Of a DNA stretch of 64,000 nucleotides, positions 20,216-31,681 are shown piece after piece; within the stretch, counting starts at the first letter, position 1; each line of letters opens with the position of its first letter. The translations under genes and the position numbers were made by a program. The stretch comes from Rhodocyclaceae bacterium. Its GTDB lineage: Bacteria; Pseudomonadota; Gammaproteobacteria; Burkholderiales; Rhodocyclaceae. The stretch spans positions 36,191 to 100,190 of the forward strand of contig JAEUNM010000099.1 in NCBI GenBank assembly GCA_016791105.1, read 5' to 3'. Under the pieces are notes generated by a model. It was not told the origin of the DNA. It did not search any database and worked only from the letters and a program-made list of their open reading frames with translations.

Positions 20216-20788
20216 ATGCCACTTATCCTCACCCTGGACATGCACGGCGTCCCGCACCGCTGGGTGAGCTGGCAGCACGCCTGTTTTTATTACGCCAAAG
20301 ACCTGGTGGCGTGGACCGCGGGTAATTCGGAATTCGTGATCCGCGGCGGCATCAACCGCCTTACCGGCGTGCGCTCTACGCTATGCACCAATAGCATCAT
20401 CGCGATCAAAGGCCGCGCGCTGGGTGCGCGCGGCGTGGCGGTGGTTCCACCACTCAATAATCACGAACTGTTTCATCGTGACCGCTACATCTGCGCCTAC
20501 TGCGGCGGAGATTTCGGCTTCGGGCGTCTGACGCGCGACCACATCGTGCCGCTTTCGCGCGGCGGCCGCGACGTCTGGATGAATGTGGTGACGGCCTGCC
20601 GCACCTGCAACCAGCGCAAGGGCGCGCGCCAGCCCGAACAGGCCGGCATGGAACTGCTCTATGCGCCCTATGTGCCGAACAAGGCGGAATACCTCATCCT
20701 GAGCAATCGCAGCATTCTGGCCGACCAGATGGATTTTTTGGCGCGCCATGTGCATGCCCATAGCCGCTGGAAGGCCGTACCGGCTTAG
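20216..20788 (+). CDS. HNH endonuclease family protein
   Basis: CAYCGG...RDHIVPLSRGG...NVVTACRTCNQRKG matches the HNH/McrA-type nuclease motif with paired Cys. Confidence 0.8.
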   Translation: MPLILTLDMHGVPHRWVSWQHACFYYAKDLVAWTAGNSEFVIRGGINRLTGVRSTLCTNSIIAIKGRALGARGVAVVPPLNNHELFHRDRYICAYCGGDFGFGRLTRDHIVPLSRGGRDVWMNVVTACRTCNQRKGARQPEQAGMELLYAPYVPNKAEYLILSNRSILADQMDFLARHVHAHSRWKAVPA

Positions 20789-22146
20789 TCGCTCGCCTCG
20801 CGCACCCGGCCGGGCGGCGCCGCGATGCTCCAATCCGGCAGCAGTCCGGGCTGGGCCGGGCCGGCAGACCACGTATCGGCACAGCCGACACCCGGCACCC
20901 ACACCAGTTCGCCGTCGCAATACATGAGCGGCATGACGGAACGCAGCGGCGGCGCGACGCCGTGTTCCTGACACAGTTGTTTGAGTGCGCGCAGATGGCC
21001 GCCGATGCGCAATTTTTCGCCGCCGGCGCGGCGGCGAAATTCCACCTGGGCGCGGTCCAGCCGTTCGCCCAGCAGACCAGCGCCCCAAGCCGGCCGCAGC
21101 GCGATTGTCGTTCCGCCCCAGTCGATTTCGGGTTCGCGGCGCCAAGCCACGCAGGCCGGCACATCGTTCGGGAGCGGCGCGCACAGTAGCAGGCCGCGGT
21201 AGCGAAATACGAGCTTGCCGGCGGTGTGCCACGCCATGGTACGTGCCTCGGCAGCCGACTCGAGCTGGCGCAGCCATTCAGCCAGGCGCTGGGAGGTGGG
21301 GGGCGCCACACCATGCTCCGCGAGCCATACGCGCAGGCAATTGCGCGCGCGCGAAGCAGGTAACAAACTGATTGCAGCCACGTCCAGGCCCCCTTCGCGC
21401 TCGCAGGCGCGCAGGTCGGACAGGCCGATTTGCTGCAGCAATTCGTCCGCTTCGGCAAATCGTGCCGCGGCGCGCACCAAAGTGGTTACCGCGGCAGGCC
21501 AGCGCTTTTCGATGCAGGGCAGAATTTCGTGGCGCAAAGCGCTGCGCGCGTAGCGCGGGTTGACGTTGGCCTCGTCCTCTATCCAGTCCATGCCGCGCTC
21601 ACGTGCATAGGCCACGAGCGCAGCACGGCGCAGGCCCAGCAAAGGCCGCAACAGCCGCAGGCCGTCGCCGCACAAGGGCCGCTCCGCCGGCATCGCGGCG
21701 GCGCCTTTCACGCCGGCTCCGCGCAGGAGGTTGTGCAGCAGTGTTTCAGCCTGATCATCGGCGTGGTGGGCGAGCAGCAAATAGTCCGCACCGCATTGTG
21801 AAAAAGCGCCGTAGCGCGCATGCCGCGCGGCCGCCTCGACGCCCTCGCCCTGCTCGACCACCGTCACGCGCGTAATCTGTAGCGGCACCTCCAGGCGTTC
21901 GCACAGAGCCTGACAGTGTTTCGCCCATGCGTCGGCATTTGGGCTCAGGCCGTGGTGAACGTGCAAGGCACTCAGATGGAAACCAAGTTCGGGCTGCAGG
22001 CGTGCCGCGCAATCCAGCAGAACGCTGGAATCGACCCCGCCGCTCAGTCCCACGCACACGCGCTGGCGCGCGCCGGCACGCGCCGCAAGTACGGCGCGCA
22101 CCGCAGCCAGCACATCAGGAAACCGGCTGTTCCTTGTAACGGCCAT
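20785..22146 (-). CDS. tilS: tRNA(Ile)-lysidine synthase TilS
   Basis: PP-loop motif [12 protein letters not shown]. Conserved accA-tilS synteny. Start taken at MAVTRNS (22146), overlapping the accA 3-prime end by about 32 nt. Confidence 0.9.
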   Translation of the reverse strand: MAVTRNSRFPDVLAAVRAVLAARAGARQRVCVGLSGGVDSSVLLDCAARLQPELGFHLSALHVHHGLSPNADAWAKHCQALCERLEVPLQITRVTVVEQGEGVEAAARHARYGAFSQCGADYLLLAHHADDQAETLLHNLLRGAGVKGAAAMPAERPLCGDGLRLLRPLLGLRRAALVAYARERGMDWIEDEANVNPRYARSALRHEILPCIEKRWPAAVTTLVRAAARFAEADELLQQIGLSDLRACEREGGLDVAAISLLPASRARNCLRVWLAEHGVAPPTSQRLAEWLRQLESAAEARTMAWHTAGKLVFRYRGLLLCAPLPNDVPACVAWRREPEIDWGGTTIALRPAWGAGLLGERLDRAQVEFRRRAGGEKLRIGGHLRALKQLCQEHGVAPPLRSVMPLMYCDGELVWVPGVGCADTWSAGPAQPGLLPDWSIAAPPGRVREASD

Positions 22147-23083
22147 ATTCCATGAGCCGCTCGATGCGCTTTTCCACAAGTTCGGCGGGAGACAGCTCGG
22201 ATACCTGGCGCAGGGCTTCCTGCAGCGCCCGCTTGAGCGACATGGCCACGCCGCGCACATCGCGGTGCGCACCACCCAGGGGCTCATTGACCACCCGGTC
22301 GATCAGCCCGAGCGACTTCAGACGGGCGGCGGTAATGCCCAGAATTTCCGCCGCATCGCCGGCCTTTTCAGCGCTTTTCCAGAGGATGGAGGCGCAACCT
22401 TCGGGCGAAATCACTGAATAGGTGGCGTACTGCAACATGAGCACCGTATCTCCCACGGCAATCGCGAGTGCGCCGCCCGAGCCACCTTCGCCGATGATGG
22501 TGCATAGGATGGGCACCTTCAGTTCAGCCATTTCGAACAGGTTGCGGCCGATCGCTTCGGACTGGCCGCGCTCTTCCGCATCCACGCCGGGATAGGCACC
22601 CGGCGTATCGACGAAAGTAAAGATCGGGAGACCAAATTTTTCCGCCAGTCGCATCAGGCGCAATGCCTTGCGATAGCCTTCCGGCCGCGGCATGCCGAAA
22701 TTGCGGAATATTTTCTCTTTGGTATCGCGGCCTTTTTGATGCCCGATCACCATGCACGACTGGCCATTGAAGCGGGCCATACCGCCGACGATGGCGTGAT
22801 CGTCGGCAAATGCGCGGTCACCATGCAGTTCTACGAAATCGGTAAATATCTGCTGGCAGTAATCGAGCGTATAGGGACGCTGCCCATGCCGCGCCACCTG
22901 AGCAATCTGCCAGGGCGAGAGCTTGGCGTACAACTCTTTGGTGAGGGCTTGGCTTTTTGTTTCCAGCCGCCCTATTTCGTCCGAAATATCGACGGCGGAA
23001 TCATCCTGTACGAACCGCAGCTCTTCGATTTTTGCTTCGAGCTCGGCGATAGGCTGCTCAAAATCCAGGAAGGTTGTTTTCAT
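22115..23083 (-). CDS. accA: Acetyl-CoA carboxylase carboxyltransferase alpha subunit
   Basis: [23 protein letters not shown]... is a typical AccA N-terminus, followed by the full crotonase-like domain. ATG at 23083. Confidence 0.96.
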   Translation of the reverse strand: MKTTFLDFEQPIAELEAKIEELRFVQDDSAVDISDEIGRLETKSQALTKELYAKLSPWQIAQVARHGQRPYTLDYCQQIFTDFVELHGDRAFADDHAIVGGMARFNGQSCMVIGHQKGRDTKEKIFRNFGMPRPEGYRKALRLMRLAEKFGLPIFTFVDTPGAYPGVDAEERGQSEAIGRNLFEMAELKVPILCTIIGEGGSGGALAIAVGDTVLMLQYATYSVISPEGCASILWKSAEKAGDAAEILGITAARLKSLGLIDRVVNEPLGGAHRDVRGVAMSLKRALQEALRQVSELSPAELVEKRIERLMEYGRYKEQPVS

Positions 23084-23264
23084 GGCCATACGCTGCGGGA
23101 AAGGCGGAATTCTAGCTTTAACCCGGCCGCGCGGGAACAATGCGCGCGGCCCTGAATGCTGCGGACTTCGTGCGCGAAGCAAAGTAGCGTGCCCCTACCG
23201 CAACAGGGCGGCGGCGCGGCAAGCAAGGCAGGCGTAAAAACTGAGCGCCCGTCGGCAAACGGGC

Positions 23265-23726
23265 TTACTTGATGCGCGTAAGACGCGGCCGCGGACCACC
23301 CGGAGTGGGCGGACCCTCGCTATCCGTGGGCGCCGCGGCCGGCACCAGCTTGGCCTGCAGGGCTGCGTCTTCGGAGGCCGCGGATTCGCGCGCGGCACTG
23401 GTGGCGGCCGTCGGCTTGACGTCGAATGCCATGCCGTTACCCGTTTCGCGCGCGTAGATCGCTTCTACGTTTTCGACCGGGATGAACAGCCTTTGCGCCA
23501 CACCACCAAAACGCGCCGCACAGGAAATGGCGTTATTGTCGATCAGCAACTGTTCCACGGCATCAGGGCCGATGTTCAGAATGATCTGACCGTCACGCAC
23601 ATACTGGCGCGGCACGCCGGTACGGTCATCGACCATTACCGCAACATAAGGCGTATAGCCCTGGTCCACGCACCATTCGTACAGCGCGCGCAGCAGGTAA
23701 GGCTTGGTCGAGACGTTGTTGCTCAT
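23265..23726 (-). CDS. sspB: ClpXP adaptor / stringent starvation protein B
   Basis: N-terminus KPYLLRALYEWCVDQGYTPYV is the SspB signature. Disordered C-terminal tail. Downstream of sspA. Confidence 0.9.
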   Translation of the reverse strand: MSNNVSTKPYLLRALYEWCVDQGYTPYVAVMVDDRTGVPRQYVRDGQIILNIGPDAVEQLLIDNNAISCAARFGGVAQRLFIPVENVEAIYARETGNGMAFDVKPTAATSAARESAASEDAALQAKLVPAAAPTDSEGPPTPGGPRPRLTRIK

Positions 23727-23772
23727 GAGTTTGCGGCAATGCCGGACGATCGAAAACGCCCGCTCGAAACAC

Positions 23773-24369
23773 CTACCGTCGCATGACTTTTTCGGCCGGG
23801 GTCAAGGCATCGATGAAGCCTTGCCGGCTGAAAATACGTTCGGCGTATTTCATCAGTGATGCCGCGTTTTTGCCGAGATCGATGCCGTAATGGTCCAGAC
23901 GCCATAGCAGCGGCGCGACGGCCACATCGAGCATGGAAAATTCTTCGCCCAGCATGAACTTCTGCTTGGTGAATATGGGCGAAAACTCGAGCAGACGGTC
24001 ACGTATCTGCTGACGCGCCTTTTCCGCGGCTTTGTTGCCCTTTTCCAGCGCTTCGACGTGCGCGAACAGTTCCTGCTCGAAGGTATGCAGAAGCTGGCGA
24101 GCCCGCGCGCGCATGATGGGATCAGGCGGCATGAGTTGCGGATGCGGGAAGCGCTCGTCTATGTACTCGTTGATGATGTTCGATTCGTACAGCACCAGGT
24201 CGCGGTCCACCAGCACCGGCACACGGTTGTATGGATTGATGACCGCGATGTCTTCCGGCTTGTTGTACAGATCGACGTCTATCACCTGAAAATCCATGCC
24301 TTTTTCGTATAGCACGATGCGGCATCGGTGCGAGAACGGATCCGTTGTTCCGGAATAGAGGTTCATCAT
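23773..24369 (-). CDS. sspA: Stringent starvation protein A (GST-like)
   Basis: GST fold (MNLYSGTTDPFSHRCRIVLYEKGMDF). Conserved petABC-sspAB synteny. ATG at 24369. Confidence 0.92.
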   Translation of the reverse strand: MMNLYSGTTDPFSHRCRIVLYEKGMDFQVIDVDLYNKPEDIAVINPYNRVPVLVDRDLVLYESNIINEYIDERFPHPQLMPPDPIMRARARQLLHTFEQELFAHVEALEKGNKAAEKARQQIRDRLLEFSPIFTKQKFMLGEEFSMLDVAVAPLLWRLDHYGIDLGKNAASLMKYAERIFSRQGFIDALTPAEKVMRR

Positions 24370-24478
24370 GGTGTGCGCGCCCCAGGAGTACTCGGCATCG
24401 CGTACCACGCGACGCACGCGCGACGAAGAATCTTCGCGATGGCCGAGTACTTGCATGTTCCTGCTCCGTGATGTTGGG

Positions 24479-25234
24479 TTAATGAATGTCTTTCCAGTAG
24501 GCGCGCTTGAGAAGGTAGGACAGCACGCCTATGCCGATGAGGACGATTACGACGACGATACCGAGCGACTTGCGTTTTTCAGCGATCGGCTCCCCCATAT
24601 ATACCAGGAAAGCGACCAAATCGCCAACCATTGCGTCGTAATCCTGAGCACTTAGCTTGCCCGGCTTGGCCAGTTGCAGAGATTTGTGCTCGGCGCCTTC
24701 ACCATGCCCACCCGCCGCCTTCTCGACATGGAGTACCTGATCGCCCTGCAGTTCCCACAGCACGTGCGGCATGCCGACATTGGGGAATACCAGGTTGTTC
24801 CAGCCGGTCGGGCGCGTGCTGTCGCGGTAGAAAGTGCGCAGATAGGTATAGAGCCAGTCCGCACCGCTGCCGTGTTCGGACGAGCGCGCCCGCGCGATCA
24901 CGGTCAGATCGGGCGGCGCGGCACCGAACCAGTTGCGCGCGTCCGCGCTGGATACCGAAACGCGCATCAGTTCGCCCACCTTTTCTGCCGCGAACATCAG
25001 GTTTTCCTTGATCTGTTCGTCGGTCAGGCCGATGTCCTTGAGGCGGTTGTAGCGCATGTAGGACGCCGAGTGGCAGTTGAGGCAGTAGTTCACGAAAACT
25101 TTGGCGCCGCGCTGCAGGGCCAGGGTATCGGTAAACTTCTCCTTGGGTGCCTGATCCAGGTGGACCGCCTCGCTCGCCAGTGCGACGAGCGGGGCAAACA
25201 ACAGCGCAGTCAGAAATTTCTTTAGCGTTTTCAT
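24479..25234 (-). CDS. petC: Cytochrome c1 of the bc1 complex
   Basis: Signal peptide, heme motif CLNCHS, C-terminal TM anchor. Confidence 0.93.
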   Translation of the reverse strand: MKTLKKFLTALLFAPLVALASEAVHLDQAPKEKFTDTLALQRGAKVFVNYCLNCHSASYMRYNRLKDIGLTDEQIKENLMFAAEKVGELMRVSVSSADARNWFGAAPPDLTVIARARSSEHGSGADWLYTYLRTFYRDSTRPTGWNNLVFPNVGMPHVLWELQGDQVLHVEKAAGGHGEGAEHKSLQLAKPGKLSAQDYDAMVGDLVAFLVYMGEPIAEKRKSLGIVVVIVLIGIGVLSYLLKRAYWKDIH

Positions 25235-25248
25235 TGTTCTAGCTCCGC

Positions 25249-26532
25249 TTAGTGCCAGGTCACGCGATCGGGTTCCGGCTTGTAGCGATCCATCTTGGTG
25301 TAGATGGGCATGAGCAGGAAAAATCCGAAATAGATCAGGGTACAGATCTGCGACACGATTTCACCCGTGGGAGACGGGGGCTGCGTGCCGAGATAGCCGA
25401 GGATCAGGAAGGCGATCACGAAAATCACCAGAGCCGACTTGTACACCGGACCGCGGTAGCGAATCGATTTGACCGGGGCTTTGTCCAACCAGGGCAGCGC
25501 GAAAAATATCATCACCGCCAGGCCCATGAATATCACGCCCCACAGCTTCGCGTCGATATAGAAGAAGTTGATGGTATTCGCACGCAGCACCGAGTAGAAC
25601 GGCGTGAAGTACCACACCGGCGCGATGTGCGGCGGCGTCTGCATCGGGTTGGCCGGGAAGAAGTTGTTGAACTCCAGGAAGTAGCCACCGAATTCAGGCG
25701 CGAAAAACACCACGCTGGTGAAGAACACCAGAAACACCACCACTCCCACGATGTCCTTCACCGTGTAATAGGGGTGGAACGGGATGCCGTCGAGCGGAAT
25801 GCCGGTTTTCGGATCCTTTTTCTTCTTGATTTCGACGCCATCCGGATTGTTCGATCCGACTTCGTGCAGCGCCAGCAGGTGGGCCACGACCAGACCGATG
25901 AGCACCAGCGGAACCGCGATCACGTGGAACGAGAAGAATCGGTTCAGGGTTGCATCCGACACGACGTAATCGCCACGGATCCAGACCGACAGGTCGTTAC
26001 CGATGAGCGGAATGGCCGAGAACAGATTCACGATCACCTGGGCGCCCCAGTACGACATTTGGCCCCAGGGCAGCAGATAGCCCATGAAAGCTTCCGCCAT
26101 CAGGCACAGGAAGATGGCAACGCCGAAAATCCAGATCAGTTCGCGCGGTTTGCGGTACGAGCCGTACAGCAGGCCACGGAACATGTGCAGATAGACCACC
26201 ACAAAAAATGCCGAGGCGCCGGTGGAATGCATGTAGCGGATGAGCCAGCCCCAGGGCACGTCGCGCATGATGTACTCGACGCTGGCAAAGGCGACCGGTA
26301 CGCCGGACGCATTGAGCGACGCGTCGGGCTTGAAATGCATGACGAGGAAAATGCCGCTGACGATCTGGATCACCAGCACCATTAGTGCCAGCGAGCCGAA
26401 GAAGTACCAGAAATTGAAGTTCTTGGGCGCGTAGTATTCGGACAGGTGCGCCTTGTAGTTCGCGGTGAGCGGGAAGCGAGCGTCGATCCAGCCCAGCAGA
26501 CCCGTGGTTTCGACCACTTTTTCCGAAGCCAT
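25249..26532 (-). CDS. petB: Cytochrome b of the bc1 complex
   Basis: 427 aa polytopic protein with a canonical cytochrome b N-terminus (LLGWIDARFPL...NFNFWYFFGSLA). Confidence 0.97.
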   Translation of the reverse strand: MASEKVVETTGLLGWIDARFPLTANYKAHLSEYYAPKNFNFWYFFGSLALMVLVIQIVSGIFLVMHFKPDASLNASGVPVAFASVEYIMRDVPWGWLIRYMHSTGASAFFVVVYLHMFRGLLYGSYRKPRELIWIFGVAIFLCLMAEAFMGYLLPWGQMSYWGAQVIVNLFSAIPLIGNDLSVWIRGDYVVSDATLNRFFSFHVIAVPLVLIGLVVAHLLALHEVGSNNPDGVEIKKKKDPKTGIPLDGIPFHPYYTVKDIVGVVVFLVFFTSVVFFAPEFGGYFLEFNNFFPANPMQTPPHIAPVWYFTPFYSVLRANTINFFYIDAKLWGVIFMGLAVMIFFALPWLDKAPVKSIRYRGPVYKSALVIFVIAFLILGYLGTQPPSPTGEIVSQICTLIYFGFFLLMPIYTKMDRYKPEPDRVTWH

Positions 26533-26535
26533 CGA

Positions 26536-27144
26536 TCAACCCTCCTTCTTGTCCTGGCCGACCAGAATGCGCGTGTCGGTCAGATAGGTGTAGGGCGGCA
26601 CCGGAAGATTGTCCGGGGCCGGTTTGTTCTTGAACACGCGCCCGGCGAGGTCGAAGGTCGACCCGTGACAGGGACAGAGGAAACCGCCCGCCCAGTCATC
26701 CGGCAGGTTGGGCTGCGGACCGGGCGTGAAGCGCGCCGTCGGCGAGCAGCCCAGGTGCGTGCAGATACCCACTGCCACGAGATATTCCGGGTGCTCCTTG
26801 CGGCTGCGCAGTTCGTTGCGCGCGTATTCCGGAGTGTCCTCGGGCTTGCGCTCGGATTTCGGATCGGCGACCTGCGCGTCGGTCTTTTTCAGCGAATCCA
26901 TCTGTTCCTGCGTGCGACGCACGATCCAGACGGGTTTGCCGCGCCACTCGACCGTCATCATCTGGCCCGGTTCGAGCTTGCTAATGTCCGCCTCGACCGG
27001 CGCACCGGCGGCTTTCGCACGCTCGGACGGAGTAAGGCTGGTGAGGAAGGGTACGAGCGTCGCCGCGCCCGCCACGCCGCCGGCGCAAGCCGTCGCGATG
27101 AGCAGGCCGCGCCTGCTGTTATCCACATCATCATGAGTGCTCAT
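26536..27144 (-). CDS. petA: Rieske iron-sulfur subunit of the bc1 complex
   Basis: Tat-like leader (SRRGLLIATA) and Rieske boxes CTHLGC and CPCHGS. ATG at 27144. Confidence 0.95.
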   Translation of the reverse strand: MSTHDDVDNSRRGLLIATACAGGVAGAATLVPFLTSLTPSERAKAAGAPVEADISKLEPGQMMTVEWRGKPVWIVRRTQEQMDSLKKTDAQVADPKSERKPEDTPEYARNELRSRKEHPEYLVAVGICTHLGCSPTARFTPGPQPNLPDDWAGGFLCPCHGSTFDLAGRVFKNKPAPDNLPVPPYTYLTDTRILVGQDKKEG

Positions 27145-27241
27145 GGCAAACCCTGAGTTCTGGTTGAAGGTGAAAAACCTTTGAATTATAGCCAATACAT
27201 CCGCACGATTACGGTCTGTGCGGATTTTCCAACACTTGAGG

Positions 27242-28456
27242 CTAAATAGTCCCCGCGGCGCGCAGGCTTGCGATTTCCACAGCCTTGTAGCCAAGCGACA
27301 GCAAAACGGCCTCGGTATGCTCCCCCAAACCTGGCCCTATCCATTCCGTCGCCCCCGGGGTCGCACTCAGTTTGGGCACGATGCCGGGCATGCGGAAACT
27401 ACGGCCGTCGGGCAGTTTTGCTTCCTGCAACATGGCGCGCGCCAGATACTGCGGGTCGGCAAACATGTCCGCGACGGAATAAACCCGGCTTGCAGGTACA
27501 CCCGCTGCGGCAAGCTGGGCGAGCACATCCGCCTCGTCACGCGCGCCGGCCCATTTATCGAGAACGCCGTAAATTTCGTCACGGCGGGCATCGCGCCCGG
27601 CATTGTCCGCTAGCGCAGGATCGGTTGCAAGGTCGGCGCGGTCCACAGCCCGCATCAGGCGTTGGAAAATCGCGTCACCGTTACCACCTATGATTACGTG
27701 CTTGCCGTCGCGCGTGGTATGGGTATTGGATGGCGTTATGCCCGGCATGATGTTGCCGGTGCGTTCGCGCACGAAGCCGAACACGTCGAATTCCGGCACC
27801 AGACTTTCCATCATGGCAAACACGGCTTCATAGAGCGCAACATCGACTATTTGCCCCTGCCCGCGCCGCGCGCCGCCCGTCGCATCGCGGTGGCGCAGGG
27901 CGATGAGGGCACCCAGCGCGCCCCACAGGGCGGCAATCGAATCGCCTATGGATATGCCGGTCTTGACCGGCGGCCGATCGGCGAAGCCGGTCACGAAGCG
28001 TAATCCGCCCATGGATTCGCCTATGGCACCGAAACCCGGCTTTTCCGCCATGGGCCCGGTCTGACCGAAGCCCGACAGGCGGACCATGACGAGCGCCGGG
28101 TTGTCGGCGCTGAGCCGGTCCCAACCACAGCCAAGCTTTTCCAGCACGCCGGGGCGAAAATTTTCGATCACCACATCGGCATCGGCAGCCAGGCGGCGCA
28201 GGATCGCGCGGCCCTCCTCGTGCTTCAGATTGATCGTGACAGATTTTTTGTTTCGAGCCTGCACGTACCACCAGAGCGAGGTGCCTTCGTACACTTTGCG
28301 CCATTTGCGCAGCGGATCGCCGCCGTCCGGCGCCTCGACCTTGATTACCTCGGCACCGAATTCGGCCAGGATGCGCGCGCAAAACGGGCCGGCGATGAGC
28401 GTGCCCAGCTCCAGAACCTTGAGGCCGGCAAGCGCTTTAGGGGTTGCGGTGGTCAT
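27242..28456 (-). CDS. Family III CoA-transferase (CaiB/BaiF-like)
   Basis: 404 aa. N-terminal LAGLKVLELGTLIAGPFCARILAEFGAEVIKVE is typical of class III CoA-transferases. Confidence 0.85.
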   Translation of the reverse strand: MTTATPKALAGLKVLELGTLIAGPFCARILAEFGAEVIKVEAPDGGDPLRKWRKVYEGTSLWWYVQARNKKSVTINLKHEEGRAILRRLAADADVVIENFRPGVLEKLGCGWDRLSADNPALVMVRLSGFGQTGPMAEKPGFGAIGESMGGLRFVTGFADRPPVKTGISIGDSIAALWGALGALIALRHRDATGGARRGQGQIVDVALYEAVFAMMESLVPEFDVFGFVRERTGNIMPGITPSNTHTTRDGKHVIIGGNGDAIFQRLMRAVDRADLATDPALADNAGRDARRDEIYGVLDKWAGARDEADVLAQLAAAGVPASRVYSVADMFADPQYLARAMLQEAKLPDGRSFRMPGIVPKLSATPGATEWIGPGLGEHTEAVLLSLGYKAVEIASLRAAGTI

Positions 28457-28484
28457 TTAGCGGCGCAGGAACTCAGTCGATTGT

Positions 28485-28955
28485 TTAGCCGGCGAACCAA
28501 CGTCCCACCGTCGCCACGCCGATATTGGCGCCACCCAGGGCGAGATTGAGGCCGACAAGTTTGCGAATCTGCGCCAGTGCCGCCCCACCTGCCGGCCAGT
28601 CCTGTGCCGCGACGGCGCGCTTGAGGCGCGCGTAGGGTGCAAAGAACACGTGCATGAATATGAGCATCATGACGACGCCAACGCCCATCATGAGGTGCCA
28701 GTGGCGCGGCGCAGCCGCAAAGCCGACGCTGAACAGGCGCGTAAAACCGCTTGCCAGCAAGAGCGCCACGGCGGCCCAGACGAAAGGGAAAAAGCGCTCG
28801 AACACGCCCGCCCAGAGCGCCAGACGTAGAGGTGGCGGCAACTGTGTGGCAGCTACCGGACGCAGGCATACGTATGCGAAAAACATGCCGCCCACCCACA
28901 CCGCCACGCTCGCGACGTGCAGGAATAACCACAGCGCTTGCATATCCATATTCAT
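28485..28955 (-). CDS. Small integral membrane protein (CopD-like, four TM segments)
   Basis: 156 aa with four hydrophobic helices. Family assignment is tentative. Confidence 0.5.
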   Translation of the reverse strand: MNMDMQALWLFLHVASVAVWVGGMFFAYVCLRPVAATQLPPPLRLALWAGVFERFFPFVWAAVALLLASGFTRLFSVGFAAAPRHWHLMMGVGVVMMLIFMHVFFAPYARLKRAVAAQDWPAGGAALAQIRKLVGLNLALGGANIGVATVGRWFAG

Positions 28956-29002
28956 TTTTCAGATATTTGCGACAGCCAGATCAAGGGCGGGGCCGCATAC
29001 CT

Positions 29003-29599
29003 TCAAAGCGGTCGTCTTTCCACCAGTGCCTGCCCTATGGTTCCTGCGTCGGTATATTCCAGTTCCGCGCCCACCGGCAGTCCGCGCGCAATGCGGCTAA
29101 CTTTGAGCCCGCGTGCGCGCAGCACTTCGGCGAGGTAATGCGCGGTCGCCTCACCTTCGTTGGTGAAGTTGGTCGCCAGAATCACTTCCTGCACCTCGCC
29201 GCCGCTGGCGCGGACAATCAGCCGCTCGATCTGCAGTTCGCGTGGCCCCACGCCGCCCAGCGGTTCGATGCGCCCCATCAGGCAGTAATACAGTCCGTTG
29301 TACAACTGCGACTGTTCCATCATGTTGAGGTCGGCCGGCGTTTCGACCACGCACAGCAAACTCGCGTCGCGTCGCGGCGCCGCGCAGCGCGCGCAAATTT
29401 CGCTTTCGGCGAACGCATTGCAGCGCGTGCAATGGCGCAGATTTTGCAGCGCCGCCAGCAATGCCCGGCTCAAGCGCTGCGCACCGTCGCGCTCATGCTG
29501 CAACAGGTGGTATGCCATGCGCTGCGCGGATTTCGGCCCGACGCCGGGCAAACAGCGCAATGCCGCAATCAATTCATCGAGACTATTGGGTACGCTCAC
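29003..29599 (-). CDS. recR: Recombination protein RecR
   Basis: HhH motif ([17 protein letters not shown]), C4 zinc finger (CTRC...CARC) and Toprim domain. Confidence 0.96.
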   Translation of the reverse strand: MSVPNSLDELIAALRCLPGVGPKSAQRMAYHLLQHERDGAQRLSRALLAALQNLRHCTRCNAFAESEICARCAAPRRDASLLCVVETPADLNMMEQSQLYNGLYYCLMGRIEPLGGVGPRELQIERLIVRASGGEVQEVILATNFTNEGEATAHYLAEVLRARGLKVSRIARGLPVGAELEYTDAGTIGQALVERRPL

Positions 29600-29628
29600 G
29601 CTTGCGGCTCGGCGCCACGGCGCATCGA

Positions 29629-29952
29629 TCAGAACAGTTTCATGCCGGGCGGCAGCGGCAGGCCGGCGGTAACCGCGGACATTTTTTCCTGCACCGTGGT
29701 TTCGACGCGTCGCACGGCGTCGTTGAGCGCGGCGGCGATCAGGTCTTCCAGCATTTCGCGATCATCCATGACGGACGGATCGATATTCACGCGCCGCACG
29801 TCATGCTTGCAGGTCATGGTCACCTTCACCATGCCGGCGCCGGACTGGCCTTCGACCTCGATCTGGCCAAGCTCGTCCTGCACGCGCTTCATGTTTTCCT
29901 GCATTTGCTGGGCTTGTTTCATCAGATTGCCCAGGGCGCCCTTGTTCATCAT
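29629..29952 (-). CDS. ybaB: Nucleoid-associated protein YbaB/EbfC
   Basis: 107 aa ([28 protein letters not shown]...). Conserved dnaX-ybaB-recR order. Real start at 29952, not the ORF-track 30249. Confidence 0.93.
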   Translation of the reverse strand: MMNKGALGNLMKQAQQMQENMKRVQDELGQIEVEGQSGAGMVKVTMTCKHDVRRVNIDPSVMDDREMLEDLIAAALNDAVRRVETTVQEKMSAVTAGLPLPPGMKLF

Positions 29953-29962
29953 TTGCGTTGCC

Positions 29963-31681
29963 TCACAGTGGTTTGACCGACCCTTCGTGCAAAGTCGCGT
30001 CGAGTTGATCTTGCAGCGCCAGCACGAATTCGTCCTGGCGCATATCGGCGATCGCGCGGTCGCGGCGCCGCAGTTGTTCGGCGGACAGCTTTTGTGCCAC
30101 GGTGGGCGCGCTGGTCGCACCGAACTCGAATTGCAGCCGCACCGGCCGGCCGAAATACGCGGACAAGGCGGCGGCCAATTTTTCTTCCGCCGCGCCGGCC
30201 GCCAGATGTTTGTGCTCCGCCGCCAGGCGCAGCCGGCAGCCGTCCGCACCCATCGCCAGCAATTCGCTGTGGCGGGCCAACTGCAGCGCCATGGCGCCGA
30301 GCTTGAGCCCGCTCAGTATATTTTCCCAGTTCTGTCCGGGCGACGCCACGCTACTAGCTGCGGCCGCGTCCGCCATATCGGCCGGCTCTGGCACGGCAAC
30401 GGGTGCCACCGGCGTGGCCACCTCGATGTCGGCAAATTGGGCCGCCACGGGTTCGGGCGGCAATGTCACCACCGGTTCGACAGCCGGCGCAGTGCTTGCC
30501 GGCGGCGGCAGCGGAACCGCCAAAGTCGGCGGCGCCGGCGCCTGCAAGGCGGCGGAGCGTGGCGCAGGCGCAGGGCGCGGCTGCGCGCCAGGAAGCGCGG
30601 CGCTTTCCGGACGGAACGCGAACAGCCGCAGCAAGGCCATGCTGAACCCGGTGCGCTCGTCCGGCGCGTAGGCCAGATCGGCAGCACCCTGCGTGGCAAT
30701 CTGGTAAGCGAGCTGGATGTACTCGGCATCCATGGCGGCGGCGTAGGGTGCAAGTTGCTGCCGCTCTTCCGCGTCCAGGGCGTCGGGTGCGATTTGCGCC
30801 AGCGCCACGCGATGCAGCAGCACGCCCAGGTCACGCAGCGCGGCATCGAAACTGGCCGCGCGCGCATCCATGGCATCGGCTTCGGCCAGCAAGCGCGCGC
30901 CATCCTGCGCGATCAGCGCATCCAGGATGGCAATGAGATGTTCGTCGCCTATGGTGCCCAGCATCACGCGCACGCCTTCGTCACGCACTTCGCCGGCGCC
31001 GTGGGCGATGGCCTGGTCCAGCAGAGACAAGGCGTCGCGCATGCTGCCTTCGGCGGCTTTGGCGATGTGGCGCAGCGCTGCCGGGTCGAAAGATACTGCT
31101 TCGGCTTCCAGGATGCGTCCGAGGTGTTGCACGATGTGCGGTGCCGGCATCTTTTTAAGATTGAACTGCAGGCAGCGCGACAACACCGTAACGGGAATTT
31201 TTTGCGGGTCCGTGGTGGCCAATATGAACTTGATGTGCTCGGGCGGTTCTTCCAGCGTTTTGAGCATGGCGTTGAAGGCCGAGGTGGACAACATGTGCAC
31301 CTCGTCGATCACATACACCTTGTAGCGCCCGCGCGTCGGCGCGTAATTGGCGTTTTCGAGCAACAGGCGCATTTCGTCGACGCGCGTATTGGTCGCCGCG
31401 TCCACCTCGATCAGATCGACGAAGCGCCCGGCATCGATTTCGCGGCAGGACGAACACTGTCCGCACGGCGTGGGCGATACCGCAACTTCACAATTGAGCG
31501 ATTTGGCAAGAATGCGCGCCAGCGTGGTTTTGCCCACGCCACGGGTGCCGGTAAAAAGATAGGCATGGTGCAGGCGCCCGGTTTCCAGCGCGTGCGTGAG
31601 TGCCCGCACCACATGTTCCTGCCCGACGAGGGTGGAAAATGTGCGCGGACGCCACTTGCGCGCGAGCACCTGATAAGTCAT
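29963..31681 (-). CDS. dnaX: DNA polymerase III subunit gamma/tau
   Basis: [24 protein letters not shown], Walker [10 protein letters not shown], and a Pro/Ala-rich linker. ATG at 31681. Confidence 0.96.
   Translation of the reverse strand: MTYQVLARKWRPRTFSTLVGQEHVVRALTHALETGRLHHAYLFTGTRGVGKTTLARILAKSLNCEVAVSPTPCGQCSSCREIDAGRFVDLIEVDAATNTRVDEMRLLLENANYAPTRGRYKVYVIDEVHMLSTSAFNAMLKTLEEPPEHIKFILATTDPQKIPVTVLSRCLQFNLKKMPAPHIVQHLGRILEAEAVSFDPAALRHIAKAAEGSMRDALSLLDQAIAHGAGEVRDEGVRVMLGTIGDEHLIAILDALIAQDGARLLAEADAMDARAASFDAALRDLGVLLHRVALAQIAPDALDAEERQQLAPYAAAMDAEYIQLAYQIATQGAADLAYAPDERTGFSMALLRLFAFRPESAALPGAQPRPAPAPRSAALQAPAPPTLAVPLPPPASTAPAVEPVVTLPPEPVAAQFADIEVATPVAPVAVPEPADMADAAAASSVASPGQNWENILSGLKLGAMALQLARHSELLAMGADGCRLRLAAEHKHLAAGAAEEKLAAALSAYFGRPVRLQFEFGATSAPTVAQKLSAEQLRRRDRAIADMRQDEFVLALQDQLDATLHEGSVKPL

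Noticed and set aside
31141-31160. CTT AAA AAG in dnaX considered as a programmed -1 frameshift site for a gamma subunit
   Set aside because: The heptamer is T-AAA-AAG rather than A-AAA-AAG. It lies at about codon 174 inside the ATPase module, far from the usual position after domain III, and no downstream stem-loop was seen.
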